Of a DNA stretch of 64,000 bases, positions 10,589 to 20,988 are shown piece by piece (position 1 is the first letter of the stretch; every line of letters starts with the position of its first letter). The notes beneath the pieces are model-generated. The model saw only the letters and a program-made list of their open reading frames with translations. It was not told the origin of the DNA and made no database searches. The stretch is taken from contig JAJYIT010000020.1 in NCBI GenBank assembly GCA_021789975.1, positions 1,048 to 65,047 on the forward strand. Reading direction: 5' to 3'. This DNA is from Bacteroidota bacterium. GTDB taxonomy: Bacteria; Bacteroidota; Ignavibacteria; Kryptoniales; JAKASW01. Position numbers and translations under genes: made by a program.

Positions 10589-11593
10589 ATGAAGAAAGAG
10601 AAGTTGATGTGGGCATTCACATTGTTGTTGTCTTTCCCTTTTCTGGGCGGTACGCCTCCGTCGAGAGATCCCATTGTTGACGAAAAATTCTCGGCCGGCA
10701 ATTCCAGTTACGAAATCGTCGTCGCCAAAGATGGTTCGGGGAATTTCGTCACGATCCAGGCTGCGATAAATTCCGTTCCCGACTTTGCCCAATCACCCGT
10801 GAAGATTTTTGTGAAGAATGGCGTGTACCATGAAAAAGTCATGGTGCCGTCATGGAAAACGAATGTATGGCTTATCGGCGAAAGTAAAGACAGCACGGTA
10901 ATTGAGTACAATGATTACCACGGAAGAGACACGATAAACACTTTTACTTCATATACCTTCCTTGTCCGCGGGAATGGGTTCCATGCAGAGGATGTTACGT
11001 TCGAGAATTCTGCCGGACCCGTGGGGCAGGCAGTTGCCCTCGATGTCGAAGCTGACAGGTGTGTCTTTGTCAACTGCAGGATTGTCGGCGATCAGGACAC
11101 GTTGTTCGCCGGGATCGATTCAAGTCGCGAGTACTACAGACATTGCTATATTGAAGGGACTACCGATTTTATTTTTGGCGCGGCCACCGCCGTGTTCGAT
11201 GACTGTGTCATAAAGAGTAAAAAGAATTCATACGTGACAGCGGCCTCTACGACAGAATCCCAGAAGTATGGTTTTGTGTTCCGCAATTGCAGGTTGATTG
11301 CGGCTTACGGTATTACCAAAGTCTTTCTCGGAAGACCCTGGAGGCCGTACGCGGCGGTGGCTTTCTTGAACTGCTATCTCGGAGCGCAGATTGATCCGGC
11401 GGGATGGTTCAACTGGAACAAACCTGAACGTGAAAAGACAGCGAGGTACTCGGAGTTCGAGTCGACAGGTCCGGGCGCAGATCCTGCCGCGAGAGTGAAG
11501 TGGTCCAGTCAACTTAGCGCTTCAGAGGCAAAGGAGTACACACTGAAAGCGATCTTTGCAGGAAATGGCGGCTGGAATCCGAAGGAGCGATAG
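10589..11593 (+). CDS. Pectinesterase (carbohydrate esterase family 8), secreted
   Basis: 334 aa. Signal-like N-terminus. CE8 motifs IVVAKDGSGNFVTIQAAI, GQAVALDVEADR, GDQDTLF, GTTDFIFG, LGRPW. Confidence 0.92.
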   Translation: MKKEKLMWAFTLLLSFPFLGGTPPSRDPIVDEKFSAGNSSYEIVVAKDGSGNFVTIQAAINSVPDFAQSPVKIFVKNGVYHEKVMVPSWKTNVWLIGESKDSTVIEYNDYHGRDTINTFTSYTFLVRGNGFHAEDVTFENSAGPVGQAVALDVEADRCVFVNCRIVGDQDTLFAGIDSSREYYRHCYIEGTTDFIFGAATAVFDDCVIKSKKNSYVTAASTTESQKYGFVFRNCRLIAAYGITKVFLGRPWRPYAAVAFLNCYLGAQIDPAGWFNWNKPEREKTARYSEFESTGPGADPAARVKWSSQLSASEAKEYTLKAIFAGNGGWNPKER

Positions 11594-11734
11594 GTGATAA
11601 AAACAGTAGATTGTTTGAATGGCAAATTGTTGTGAGGTTGGAATGAAAGGCACGGTCAATCGTCGCAAATTTCTTTCCATCTTCATTCCATTATCCCGTT
11701 ACCGCATCATTCCCTTTTTTGTCTCGTCTTCTTT

Positions 11735-13339
11735 TTGCTTGGATCCACTTCGCGAACGCCTGCCCAAAAGCTTTCCGATGCTGCCACTGCACCGGCTTAC
11801 GACCCGGACGGTGGACACGGCATGTACCGCAATCCTATTATCTTCGCCGACTATTCCGATCCGGATGTCATAAGAGTAGGAGCTAATTTTTATCTTGTCT
11901 CATCAAGTTTCAATGCTGTGCCCGGCCTGCCGATATTGCGTTCCAGGGACCTAATAAATTGGACAATAATCGGGCACGCGCTCCCTAGAATCCCGCCATA
12001 TACTTACTATGACAAAGTACATCCTGGGGAAGGAGTGTGGGCTCCCTCCATCCGATATCATGAGGGTGCGTTCTATATTTATTATCCCGACGTCGAATAC
12101 GGGATCTATATGGTGAAGGCGAAGAACCCGGCAGGACCGTGGTCTGCTCCCATACTGGTGCAGGCAGGAAAGGGGTTAGAGGATCCATGTCCTTTCTGGG
12201 ACAAAGACGGCAGGGCATACCTAATTCACGCTTTCGCGGGAAGCAGGGCGCACATCAGGAGCGTGCTGGTGATGAACATGATGAATGCCGAAGGCACCAA
12301 AGTCCTTGATGCAGGGGTAATAGTTTATGATGGACACGGACTTGACCCGGGCATTGAGGGCCCGAAGCTGTATTTTCGAGGCGGATACTACTACATCTTT
12401 TCACCAGCCGGCGGAGTAGAACTTGGTTGGCAGGTAGTTCTGCGTTCAAAAAATATATACGGCCCTTATGAAAGAAGAGTTGTGCTTGCTGAGGGCAAGA
12501 CTGCCATTAACGGGCCGCATCAAGGTGCATGGGTAACTGCGGAAGACGGGCAATCTTGGTTCATACACTTCCAGGATAGAGGCCCATACGGAAGAGTTGA
12601 TCTGCTCGAGCCGATGAAATGGCTTGACAACTGGCCGGTGATTGGAGTGAATCAGAACCGCGACGGTGTCGGTGAACCGGTTATCGAATACAAAATGCCG
12701 GAAGCGAAAAGTGGACATCGACTAGAGGTGCCACAGACATCGGATGAATTCAACGAGAACACTCTTGGTTTACAATGGCAGTGGCAGGCTAACCCGGAGG
12801 CGACCTGGGCGTATTGTGCCGGGAACCTCGGCTACCTCCGGCTCTATGCCCGGATGATTCCAGATAACCTAAAGAACTATTGGCTTGTCCCGAATTTATT
12901 GCTTCAGAAGTTCCCCGCTGAAGAGTTCCAGGCGACCACGAAGGTTACTTTTACGCCGCTGCTTCGCGGGGACAGAACGGGTTTGATTGTGATGGGAAGA
13001 AGTTATGCGTATTTGTCCCTCGTTGAAAGAGATAGCGGTCTTTATTTGGCTTATGCGACCTGCGAACATGCAGATGAGGGAACAAGCGAGAAGGAGCGGA
13101 TAATCTGCAAAGCGCATAGGACTACGGTGTACCTCAGGCTGATAGTCGCAAAAGGCGCAACATGCCAATTCGGTTATAGCTTCGATGGAAAGGAGTTTAC
13201 CAACGCCGGCGCGGCGTTCATGGCTCAACCCGGGGAGTGGGTCGGCGCAAAATTGGGAATTTTCTGCACAGGAAGAATCCAAACTAACGACTCAGGGTTT
13301 GCTGACTTTGATTGGTTCAGGGTCACCGGCAAAAAGTGA
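11735..13339 (+). CDS. GH43 family glycoside hydrolase (beta-xylosidase / alpha-L-arabinofuranosidase type)
   Basis: YRNPIIFADYSDPDVIRVGANFYLVSSSF is a typical GH43 N-terminal blade. EGPKLYFRGGYYYIF is also present, with a C-terminal beta-sandwich region. The start is uncertain: TTG 11735, ATG 11822, or ATG 11643 if a homopolymer frameshift is repaired (see findings). Confidence 0.85.
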   Translation: MLGSTSRTPAQKLSDAATAPAYDPDGGHGMYRNPIIFADYSDPDVIRVGANFYLVSSSFNAVPGLPILRSRDLINWTIIGHALPRIPPYTYYDKVHPGEGVWAPSIRYHEGAFYIYYPDVEYGIYMVKAKNPAGPWSAPILVQAGKGLEDPCPFWDKDGRAYLIHAFAGSRAHIRSVLVMNMMNAEGTKVLDAGVIVYDGHGLDPGIEGPKLYFRGGYYYIFSPAGGVELGWQVVLRSKNIYGPYERRVVLAEGKTAINGPHQGAWVTAEDGQSWFIHFQDRGPYGRVDLLEPMKWLDNWPVIGVNQNRDGVGEPVIEYKMPEAKSGHRLEVPQTSDEFNENTLGLQWQWQANPEATWAYCAGNLGYLRLYARMIPDNLKNYWLVPNLLLQKFPAEEFQATTKVTFTPLLRGDRTGLIVMGRSYAYLSLVERDSGLYLAYATCEHADEGTSEKERIICKAHRTTVYLRLIVAKGATCQFGYSFDGKEFTNAGAAFMAQPGEWVGAKLGIFCTGRIQTNDSGFADFDWFRVTGKK

Positions 13340-13396
13340 TTGTCCTTGATATTTGCTATCTATGGTAGCAACTTTTTCAAATTCGTTGGACTGAGG

Positions 13397-13990
13397 ATGC
13401 CTTTGCAGAGAATAGTGATCGATCCAGACATCAAGGCTTTGATCTTTGATTGTGACGGGACTCTTGTGGATTCCATGCCGACACACATGCATGCCTGGCG
13501 GGAGGCTTTTGTCAGGTTTGGTGTGAATCTCGATGAGCGGTTCATTGCTGCGAGACGCGGCATGAAAGAAACGGAGATCGTCCGGCAATACAACGACGCT
13601 TTCCGAACTGGAATTGACCCGGAAAGAATTGTCGATCTTAAACATCAGATTTTCTTGTCTCACCTTGATCAAGTGGCGGCGATAGAACCGGTGGTCGCAG
13701 TTGCAAACTTGTTCCACGGGAAGCTGCCTCTTGCCGTTGTATCGGGCGGAGTGAAGAAGGTGGTTCAGTCAGAGTTGCTTGCGGTAGGGATCCTGGATCT
13801 TTTCGAAGTAATACTTACGGCAGATGATCCTTATAGACCTAAACCTGATCCTGAAATATTCCTTGAAGCTTCACGAAGGATGAAGGTCGATCCGTCGTTC
13901 TGCCTGGTGTTCGAAGATGGTGATGCAGGATTGATAGGCGCCGCAGGTGCAGGTATGAAAGCCCTTGATGTCAGGAGTTACATGAAGTGA
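13397..13990 (+). CDS. HAD-superfamily hydrolase (phosphatase / beta-phosphoglucomutase-like)
   Basis: Motif I LIFDCDGTLVDS, motif II VVSGG, then K..PDP and FEDGDAG. ATG at 13397 preferred over the track start at 13340. Confidence 0.8.
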   Translation: MPLQRIVIDPDIKALIFDCDGTLVDSMPTHMHAWREAFVRFGVNLDERFIAARRGMKETEIVRQYNDAFRTGIDPERIVDLKHQIFLSHLDQVAAIEPVVAVANLFHGKLPLAVVSGGVKKVVQSELLAVGILDLFEVILTADDPYRPKPDPEIFLEASRRMKVDPSFCLVFEDGDAGLIGAAGAGMKALDVRSYMK

Positions 13991-15054
13991 AAAAGGCAGT
14001 GCTGTCAGGCGTTCGCAAATTCGAGATAGTCGAGATCCGAAAGCCGACCATCGCGGATACCAGCGAAGTCTTGCTGCGGGTGAAAACCGTGGGCGTTTGC
14101 GGATCTGATCTTCACTACTTCAAAGAAGGGAGAATCGGGTCGCAAGTCGTCAAATTTCCTTTCACTATCGGACACGAATGTTCTGCGGTAGTGGAGGAAG
14201 TTGGCAATAACGTTCAAAGGGTCAAGCCTGGTGATATGGTTGCGATAGACCCTTGTATCTCATGCGGCCAATGTTCGCAATGTCTGAATGGCAGGGAACA
14301 CACTTGCTTGAACCAGCGATTTCTCGGATCCCCGGGGCAAGCCGAAGGTTGCCTTCAGGAATTCTTAGTTATTCCGGAGAAGAACTGCTATCCGGTGCCG
14401 GCAAGATTCACTCCGGAACTGGCGGCACTGGTCGAGCCGTTGTCGATTGGTCATTATGCAGTGAAGCTCATGGTCGCGGCGGTGGCCAGCCAGCGCTCAT
14501 CGGCGATCGGTGATGGTCACCTGACTTCGGCGGTGCTTGGTGTCGGACCTATCGGGCTTGGGACGTTGATGTTCTTGAGGAGAGTACTTCGTGGCACGAT
14601 CATGGTCACCGACAGGTTAGGCTATAGACTTGGTGCCGCCCGGAAGCTCGGTGCGTCATTGACGGTGAATGCCGACAGCGGGGACGTAATCGGGTCGGCG
14701 ATGAACGTGAATCCGGAAATGTTTGATGTCGCGTTCGAGTGCTGCGGTCAGCAGGAGGCGCTTGACCAGGCGATTGAACTGCTGAAGCCCGGTGGATTGC
14801 TCTTCATCGTCGGAATTCCAGAGCTGGACAGAGTCTCCTTCGATATGAACCTGTTGAGGAGAAAAGAAATTGCGATCTACAACGTAAGGCGTCAGAACAA
14901 GAGTATGCAACCGGTGATCGATGCAATTGCGTCTGGAGAGTGCACACCCGAGATGCTGGTTACCCACAGGTTTACACTTGAGAGGACGGCAGCGGCGTTC
15001 AGCACGGCGGCCAATTATCAGGATGGGGTTCTGAAAGCGGTCATTGAATTGTAA
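13987..15054 (+). CDS. Zinc-dependent medium-chain sugar/polyol dehydrogenase
   Basis: 355 aa. Catalytic Zn ligands in GVCGSDLHYF and GHECSAVV. Structural Zn CISCGQCSQCLNGREHTC. Rossmann GVGPIGLG. The GTG start overlaps the HAD stop (GTGA), suggesting translational coupling. Confidence 0.85.
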   Translation: MKKAVLSGVRKFEIVEIRKPTIADTSEVLLRVKTVGVCGSDLHYFKEGRIGSQVVKFPFTIGHECSAVVEEVGNNVQRVKPGDMVAIDPCISCGQCSQCLNGREHTCLNQRFLGSPGQAEGCLQEFLVIPEKNCYPVPARFTPELAALVEPLSIGHYAVKLMVAAVASQRSSAIGDGHLTSAVLGVGPIGLGTLMFLRRVLRGTIMVTDRLGYRLGAARKLGASLTVNADSGDVIGSAMNVNPEMFDVAFECCGQQEALDQAIELLKPGGLLFIVGIPELDRVSFDMNLLRRKEIAIYNVRRQNKSMQPVIDAIASGECTPEMLVTHRFTLERTAAAFSTAANYQDGVLKAVIEL

Positions 15055-15151
15055 GGATGCCGCCGGAAAGTTGGTTGCTGCTTCCGGAGTCGGTTTGCGA
15101 ATAAAAAATAACTTGACAATGAATCTTTATTTGTCCAAATTTCTTCGCATA

Positions 15152-15167
15152 AAGTAACCGATTACTT
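15152..15167. promoter_or_regulatory. Palindrome AAGTAA-CCGA-TTACTT downstream of a TTGACA box (15113..15118); candidate operator of the TBDR operon
   Basis: Perfect 6-bp arms. Located in the 376-bp intergenic region upstream of the TBDR gene. The same AAGTWA hexamer recurs at 25501 and 28630. Confidence 0.3.
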
Positions 15168-15430
15168 AATCGAAAACTTTATCGGAAACATTGAAAGGAA
15201 AGGGCAAAATTCGCGTTTTGGTACGGCAATCGTTCTTCCGCAGATTCTTCAAATCCAAATCACTCAAAGCTCGTTTTGGAGCCACACCTCTCGTCAACAG
15301 CTTGCCTTACCAGCTCTTTCAAATGGCGACCGAACATTTTGTGCTGGCCGTCCCCGGCCAGGAATCTACATCTCGGTAAATTTCCGGATCCCAGAGTTGA
15401 TCCGGGAATAAAAATGCTTAGGAGTAAGAC

Positions 15431-18400
15431 ATGAGGAGCATTGTACTTCCTAAAACTTTTCAAATTCTCTTCTCATTCATGATTGTCATATCGCTGTCCT
15501 CAGTCGCGGCCTATTCTCAGTCTCGTAGCCGTATCCAGGGCACTGTTGTGGACGCGAAAACCGGAGAGGCACTTCCCGGTGTGAACGTTCTTGTTGTCGG
15601 GACAAACCTCGGTGCGGTTACAGATCTCAACGGTAAATATTTTGTTGTGAATGTTCCCGTCGGCACGTACGAGGTTAAGGCATCCATGGTTGGATATACC
15701 CCGATGCTTGTAAAGGATGTGCTTGTTTCCCTTGACAGAGTAGCTACTGTGGATTTCCAACTTCAATCTTCTGAAATACAGACTAAGGAAGTGGTCGTGG
15801 TAGCCCAGCGGAACCAGCTACACCGTGAAGTCTCGAGTACGCAGTTGGTTTCTACCGGTGCACAAATTACGAATACTGCTGGCATAAGGGAGATCAATGC
15901 TTTTCTCGCAAAGCTGCCGGGGGTTTCGACGACCGGCAACGGGTTCCTTACAATCAGGGGCGGGTCCGCAGACCAGGTGGGAACATTAGTGAATGGTTTG
16001 GCTTACGACAATGCCGCCGTGGGTAATGCGGAGACGAGCATCCCCCTAAGCGCTATTGAGCAAGTCTCAGTATTGTCAGGAGGCTACAGCGCGGAGTACG
16101 GAAATTTCAGGTCCGGGCTAATTAACATCACGACAAAAACGGGAACCGAGAATGCGTATCATGCGACCCTCGACATCTCAGCCGACCAGTCCCATATGAG
16201 AAGGTTCGGACAATCGCTATATGATCCGACAAATCCTTTCCTTGCACCTTACCTCAACCCGTCCGTGGCCTTCTCCGGGACACAATCCGGTGTTTGGGAC
16301 CAGTACCAGCAGAATCAACACGCAGCTTTCCTTGGATGGGACCACTATGCCGCGCAATATAATACAGGTAAGCCTCTTGCCCAGCAGGCGTCTCCTCTGG
16401 AATTGTATCTGCTGAGTTCCTGGATGACGATGTCGGTTCCGGACTATCAAGGTCTTCAGCAACAGATTGCGAAAGATCCGACGATCCTCGGAAACATGAC
16501 TATGGCACAAGCAGATTCGTTACTCGGTGCGACTGACAATGCATTTCAGAACCACGCCAATCATGAACAAGGAAGCGACTATAACCTCGACGGAGGTTTC
16601 GGCGGACCTGTTCCGTTCATCGGAAAGGCACTCGGGGGTGCCACCTTCTACGTTTCGAACAATACTAAGAGCTCCAATTATATAGAGCCGGTGACTCTCG
16701 ACAATAGTTTCACCTCCACGTCTCTTCTCACGGTCAAGTCAGCTCCATCAAGTGATATAACGGTTACCCTGAACGGTCTTTGGAAACGCGAGATCGGGGT
16801 GAGTCCCATAAGGCCAGCCTCCGGTGACGCACCGGATATTTCCGGCCGCGGCGGATTCATGCTTCAAGATAATCTCAATTACATCTTCGATAATTCCGGT
16901 ATTACCGGAGACAATTACAACTATCTCTATGACCAGGCGTATTTCCCCATCCTTAATCAGACGACGGTCATGACCGGAGTGACATTAAACCAGTTAATCA
17001 GCTCCAAAACATATTACCAGTTTACCGTGAGCAGACTTGGGATCTCGGATTATTCGCCTACCGGTATGAATAGAGATACAACTCAGATCACACAGATCGG
17101 GCCGTTCAATCTCGATGAATCCCCCTATGGCAAGTTCGCACTCTCGGGCACTCATGATGTCAATGGCTATACGTTTCCAAGCTACGATACTCCAATTGGA
17201 ATGTCGACATTCAGGTTCAGAGGTAAAGAGGGTGATCTCCACGATAACTCGAAGACATACCAGTACGAGTTGAAGTTCGATTTGTCATCCCAGATCGGCG
17301 ATCACAACTTCGTGAAAACGGGAGTTGAGTTCAACATGTTCGACCTTCAGCATAATTTTTGGGAACAGTGGAACAACAACGCTTACAACACTTATGAGTT
17401 CAACTACCATCGCACGCCGAGTCAAACGGGAGTGTACGTTCAGGACCAGATAAACTACGAAGGGATCGTAGCGAATCTGGGTGTCAGGTTCGATTACTAT
17501 TTCGGCGGCGGCGGTCTCTGGCCGGCGCAGCCTTTTGCCCCGATCTTCCGGCCGCAGACGGTCGATACTTCTCTCTATTCATATCTCAACTCGGGGAATT
17601 CGTACATATGGCATCTGTGGTACGCGTATAACGACTCGGTACCCGGCTTCCTCCAGGAAATAAAGAACTATTTGACGGTGAGTCCGCGGATCGGAGTATC
17701 GTTCCCGATAACGGATCGCTCGAAGTTCTATTTCAATTACGGTCAGTTTAGATCCAACCCTCCATACTTTTCTATGTATGAGTTTACCTACCGGTACACA
17801 AAAAACGGTCTGTATCAAATGTCGAATCCTAACCTTGAGCCTCCGCTGACGACTTCTTATGAACTCGGTGTCGAGTACAATGTCTACTCCTCACTGATGA
17901 TGCGCGTCTCAGGCTATTACAAAGACGTATCGGGACAGGAAGGGCAGGTCACTTATCAGACCGTCGGATCATCACTCGGTCTCAACTACACCGGTTATCT
18001 CAACAATCAGTACCAAAGCATACAGGGGATTGAAATAAACCTTTCCAAGAACGACAACTCCTGGATAAATGGCTGGTTGAATTTCAATTACATGCTCACC
18101 AAGACCGGCAACACGGGAGTCCAATACATATATGATATTCCGGTCACGGATCAGTCAAATCTTTATCAGGCGAACGAAGTCCCGACACTTCCTCAGCCCC
18201 GGCTGAACGCAGATGTAACTTTCAGGTCCCCGACTCATTGGGGACCTCAACCCGCCGGTCTTGATCTTCTCGGAGATTGGGAGCTAACCTTATTCGGGGA
18301 ATGGCAGGCCGGAGATTATTTCACATGGAACCCGCTAAACGATGTCCACCTGAGCGATAATCTGCAGTGGCCTGCATACTACCGACTCGACATGAAATTG

Positions 18401-18769
18401 ACGAGGATGTTCAGGGTCGGCGGAATAAATATCGCTGCATACGTCAACATCACGAATGTACTGAATCTGAAAGTGAACGAGATGGGGAACATGTACGCTT
18501 TTTCAAGCGAACTCACCTCATCGAATGACTATGCTCCTAACAATTCGGATGAGGCGCAGTATCTGATGTCGCTTCATCTTCCGATGTACAATTCACCCGC
18601 ATACGATCAACTCCGGCAGCAGAACCCCGGTTTGTATATCCCCGGCCACGACCATGTCGGCGACCTGAGGTCGGGCAGCAAGCCGTATATCAATGATCCG
18701 GATTATGCCAGCGTATTTCTGTACGGCCAGCCAAGAGATATTTGGTTTGGAATAAGAGTTGATTTTTGA
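15431..18769 (+). CDS. TonB-dependent outer-membrane receptor with N-terminal carboxypeptidase-regulatory-like domain (SusC-sized)
   Basis: 1112 aa. Signal peptide present. N-domain IQGTVVDAKTGEALPGVNVLVVGTNLGAVTDLNGKYFVVNVPVGTYEVKASMVGY, plug region (LTIRGGSADQ), and a long barrel ending ...IWFGIRVDF. Confidence 0.9.
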   Translation: MRSIVLPKTFQILFSFMIVISLSSVAAYSQSRSRIQGTVVDAKTGEALPGVNVLVVGTNLGAVTDLNGKYFVVNVPVGTYEVKASMVGYTPMLVKDVLVSLDRVATVDFQLQSSEIQTKEVVVVAQRNQLHREVSSTQLVSTGAQITNTAGIREINAFLAKLPGVSTTGNGFLTIRGGSADQVGTLVNGLAYDNAAVGNAETSIPLSAIEQVSVLSGGYSAEYGNFRSGLINITTKTGTENAYHATLDISADQSHMRRFGQSLYDPTNPFLAPYLNPSVAFSGTQSGVWDQYQQNQHAAFLGWDHYAAQYNTGKPLAQQASPLELYLLSSWMTMSVPDYQGLQQQIAKDPTILGNMTMAQADSLLGATDNAFQNHANHEQGSDYNLDGGFGGPVPFIGKALGGATFYVSNNTKSSNYIEPVTLDNSFTSTSLLTVKSAPSSDITVTLNGLWKREIGVSPIRPASGDAPDISGRGGFMLQDNLNYIFDNSGITGDNYNYLYDQAYFPILNQTTVMTGVTLNQLISSKTYYQFTVSRLGISDYSPTGMNRDTTQITQIGPFNLDESPYGKFALSGTHDVNGYTFPSYDTPIGMSTFRFRGKEGDLHDNSKTYQYELKFDLSSQIGDHNFVKTGVEFNMFDLQHNFWEQWNNNAYNTYEFNYHRTPSQTGVYVQDQINYEGIVANLGVRFDYYFGGGGLWPAQPFAPIFRPQTVDTSLYSYLNSGNSYIWHLWYAYNDSVPGFLQEIKNYLTVSPRIGVSFPITDRSKFYFNYGQFRSNPPYFSMYEFTYRYTKNGLYQMSNPNLEPPLTTSYELGVEYNVYSSLMMRVSGYYKDVSGQEGQVTYQTVGSSLGLNYTGYLNNQYQSIQGIEINLSKNDNSWINGWLNFNYMLTKTGNTGVQYIYDIPVTDQSNLYQANEVPTLPQPRLNADVTFRSPTHWGPQPAGLDLLGDWELTLFGEWQAGDYFTWNPLNDVHLSDNLQWPAYYRLDMKLTRMFRVGGINIAAYVNITNVLNLKVNEMGNMYAFSSELTSSNDYAPNNSDEAQYLMSLHLPMYNSPAYDQLRQQNPGLYIPGHDHVGDLRSGSKPYINDPDYASVFLYGQPRDIWFGIRVDF

Positions 18770-18792
18770 AAGCTCAATCAATGGAGATTCTC

Positions 18793-20985
18793 ATGAGATT
18801 TTTTGAATTCAGAAAACCCGAAGGCACGTCCAGAGGGATCCCCGCGATTGTATTGTTAATGCTGTTGTCTACAAGTGCACTCGCACTCGCCCAATCTCAG
18901 TCGCCCGAGCTTCAAACAACAACGATACGTCTCGGCCGCTTGTGGCTCGGCATGGCGGCAAACGGCGGGAAAATGAACTTCGATCCGCGCGGCGGTTTCT
19001 TCCCGAATGACTATGGCATTGCGGCCGACAGGTCTCAATATGCGCAGGCATTCACCGGATCAGGGATCTACCTCACCGCTACTCACTGGTTTAACCCGCT
19101 AACAGACTCAATTGAGAATGTGGCGGTGTATTCGACCGTAACTGACTCTATGCCGATCGGAAGGGTCATACAGACTTTAACCAATTATCTCAGGTACAAA
19201 TACCCGACAATTCAGATCGGTGGCGCCTCAGGAAATATTTCACTTTTCGGAACTTATAATCCTGATTACCCCGGCTTCGCGAACCACACCTACGACGAAG
19301 CGGCCGAAGTTGTCGATTCGACTATCCTTGGTGTGACGATAGATAGAAAAGTCTATGCCTGGTCGCAGAATTACAATAACGATTACGTTATCACTGATCT
19401 GGTGTTCACAAATGTTGGAGGCGATACCCTCGACAGTCTCTACATAAACATGCAGGAGACGGGTGCCAACATGTATTACTCTAACGGGAACAATCCGCAG
19501 GGGACGTTCGACCCTACCATGGTGTGGCAGCATTACTACGGCGGACGGCCCGGCGATACGATGCGTGTCTTTTATGAGTATAGTGCGGATAATCCCAAGC
19601 TTCCCGGCGATGACATGGGAGCGCCACAAGTGTCCCAGAACGGCAGGCTCCTTATGCCGAACATGAATTATTATGCGATCCTACATGCGTCTAGAGAGCC
19701 GTATACGGATTCTACACAGGATATCGATGATCCGCTTGAACCAAAAGTAACGTACATGGGTGTTGCCACTGCCATTCCATTTAACCAGGCAAGTGATCTG
19801 TATGGCAACAAAAACTTTTATGCAATCAGGGGAGCATTCTCGAACGTCTATCCGATGACCGGCGAAACCACGGGTGCATATCATGGATTCAACAATGATG
19901 AACTTGGTACAGCCGACTACACCGCTAATCCGGCAGGGCAGTACGAGGGCATCTCTTACCGGAGCTGCAGCTTTGGTCCGTATACTTTTTATCCGGGACA
20001 GAAACTTCATATCGTTTACGCGAGTGGTTTTGCCGGCATAGGTTATCGTATGGGTCAAGAGATAGGTCAGGAGTGGCTTGACGGCACTCTGAAAGATCCG
20101 CCGAATGCGTCACAAATCCCCGGGTGGAATGCCAGAACGGGCTTGTTGCCCAGCAACTTCGCATTTCCTGCCGGAGCTACAGATGAGGACATGATAAAGG
20201 ATCGCTGGATCAGTTTGGGAATTGATTCGGTAATGCTGAGCGCCTGGCGGGCAAAATGGAATTACGAACATGATTATAGCATACCACAAGCTCCCCCTCC
20301 GCCGCAAACTGTAACTATTGCGCCGACGGCGGGTGCAATTCAAATCCAGTGGTCCGACCCTGCGGCTGAACAGATGCCTGATTTCGCCGGCTATAGAATA
20401 ATGAGAAGAGTTTCGAATTTCGATACGGTCTTTTACCAGCCGATCTACAATTCTGATTCGACTGACCTGGGTGTCACTCACCTATTCAATGACTCGATTG
20501 CATACTATGGAGCACAAGTTTATTACTATGTCCAGGCAAAAGCAAGGATACCCTACAACGACCCCGCCGCCGATCCTACCACACGAGGGAAGATCATATA
20601 CAGCGGACGGGCAATGTATCCGAATTTCTATTTTGCCAGGCCCACCAATTTTGCCCAGGACGACCTCTCGAAAATCAGGATTGTACCGAATCCGTATAAC
20701 ATCAAAGACCCACTACTATATTCTGCTAGCCGCGGATTGGGTGCAACAGATGGAAGAGCAATAGTCTTTTACAATTTACCTGCTGTCTGTACCATCAAAA
20801 TATACACGGAGAATGGAGATCTAGTCCAGACTATCAATCACCCGACCCCGGGAACGAGCGGAGGATCGGAAACTTGGACGATGCTTACTTCCAGCCAGCA
20901 GGTAATTTACAGCGGTGTGTACATCGCGGTCTTCCAGACACCCGATGGAAGAGTGTCGTATCAAAAATTCCTGGTTGTGAGGTGA
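18793..20985 (+). CDS. Secreted protein of unknown function with an FN3-like domain and a divergent T9SS-CTD-like C-terminal beta-sandwich
   Basis: The track ORF 18766..20985 overlaps the TBDR stop. ATG 18793 (GGAG 6 nt upstream) gives signal peptide MRFFEFRKPEGTSRGIPAIVLLMLLSTSALALAQS with no lipobox Cys. FN3-like PPPPQTVTIAPTAGAIQIQWSD...GYRIMRR. The C-terminus IVPNPYN...CTIKIYTENGDLVQTI...SGVYIAVFQTPDGRVSYQKFLVVR parallels the CTDs elsewhere in the window. Confidence 0.75.
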   Translation: MRFFEFRKPEGTSRGIPAIVLLMLLSTSALALAQSQSPELQTTTIRLGRLWLGMAANGGKMNFDPRGGFFPNDYGIAADRSQYAQAFTGSGIYLTATHWFNPLTDSIENVAVYSTVTDSMPIGRVIQTLTNYLRYKYPTIQIGGASGNISLFGTYNPDYPGFANHTYDEAAEVVDSTILGVTIDRKVYAWSQNYNNDYVITDLVFTNVGGDTLDSLYINMQETGANMYYSNGNNPQGTFDPTMVWQHYYGGRPGDTMRVFYEYSADNPKLPGDDMGAPQVSQNGRLLMPNMNYYAILHASREPYTDSTQDIDDPLEPKVTYMGVATAIPFNQASDLYGNKNFYAIRGAFSNVYPMTGETTGAYHGFNNDELGTADYTANPAGQYEGISYRSCSFGPYTFYPGQKLHIVYASGFAGIGYRMGQEIGQEWLDGTLKDPPNASQIPGWNARTGLLPSNFAFPAGATDEDMIKDRWISLGIDSVMLSAWRAKWNYEHDYSIPQAPPPPQTVTIAPTAGAIQIQWSDPAAEQMPDFAGYRIMRRVSNFDTVFYQPIYNSDSTDLGVTHLFNDSIAYYGAQVYYYVQAKARIPYNDPAADPTTRGKIIYSGRAMYPNFYFARPTNFAQDDLSKIRIVPNPYNIKDPLLYSASRGLGATDGRAIVFYNLPAVCTIKIYTENGDLVQTINHPTPGTSGGSETWTMLTSSQQVIYSGVYIAVFQTPDGRVSYQKFLVVR

Positions 20986-20988
20986 GCG

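Noticed and set aside
18766-18792. Track start (TTG 18766) of the 739-aa protein, which overlaps the TBDR stop by 4 nt.
   Set aside because: ATG 18793 has a GGAG 6 nt upstream and yields a canonical signal peptide. The extra 9 codons are probably not translated. Either way, the genes remain tightly coupled.
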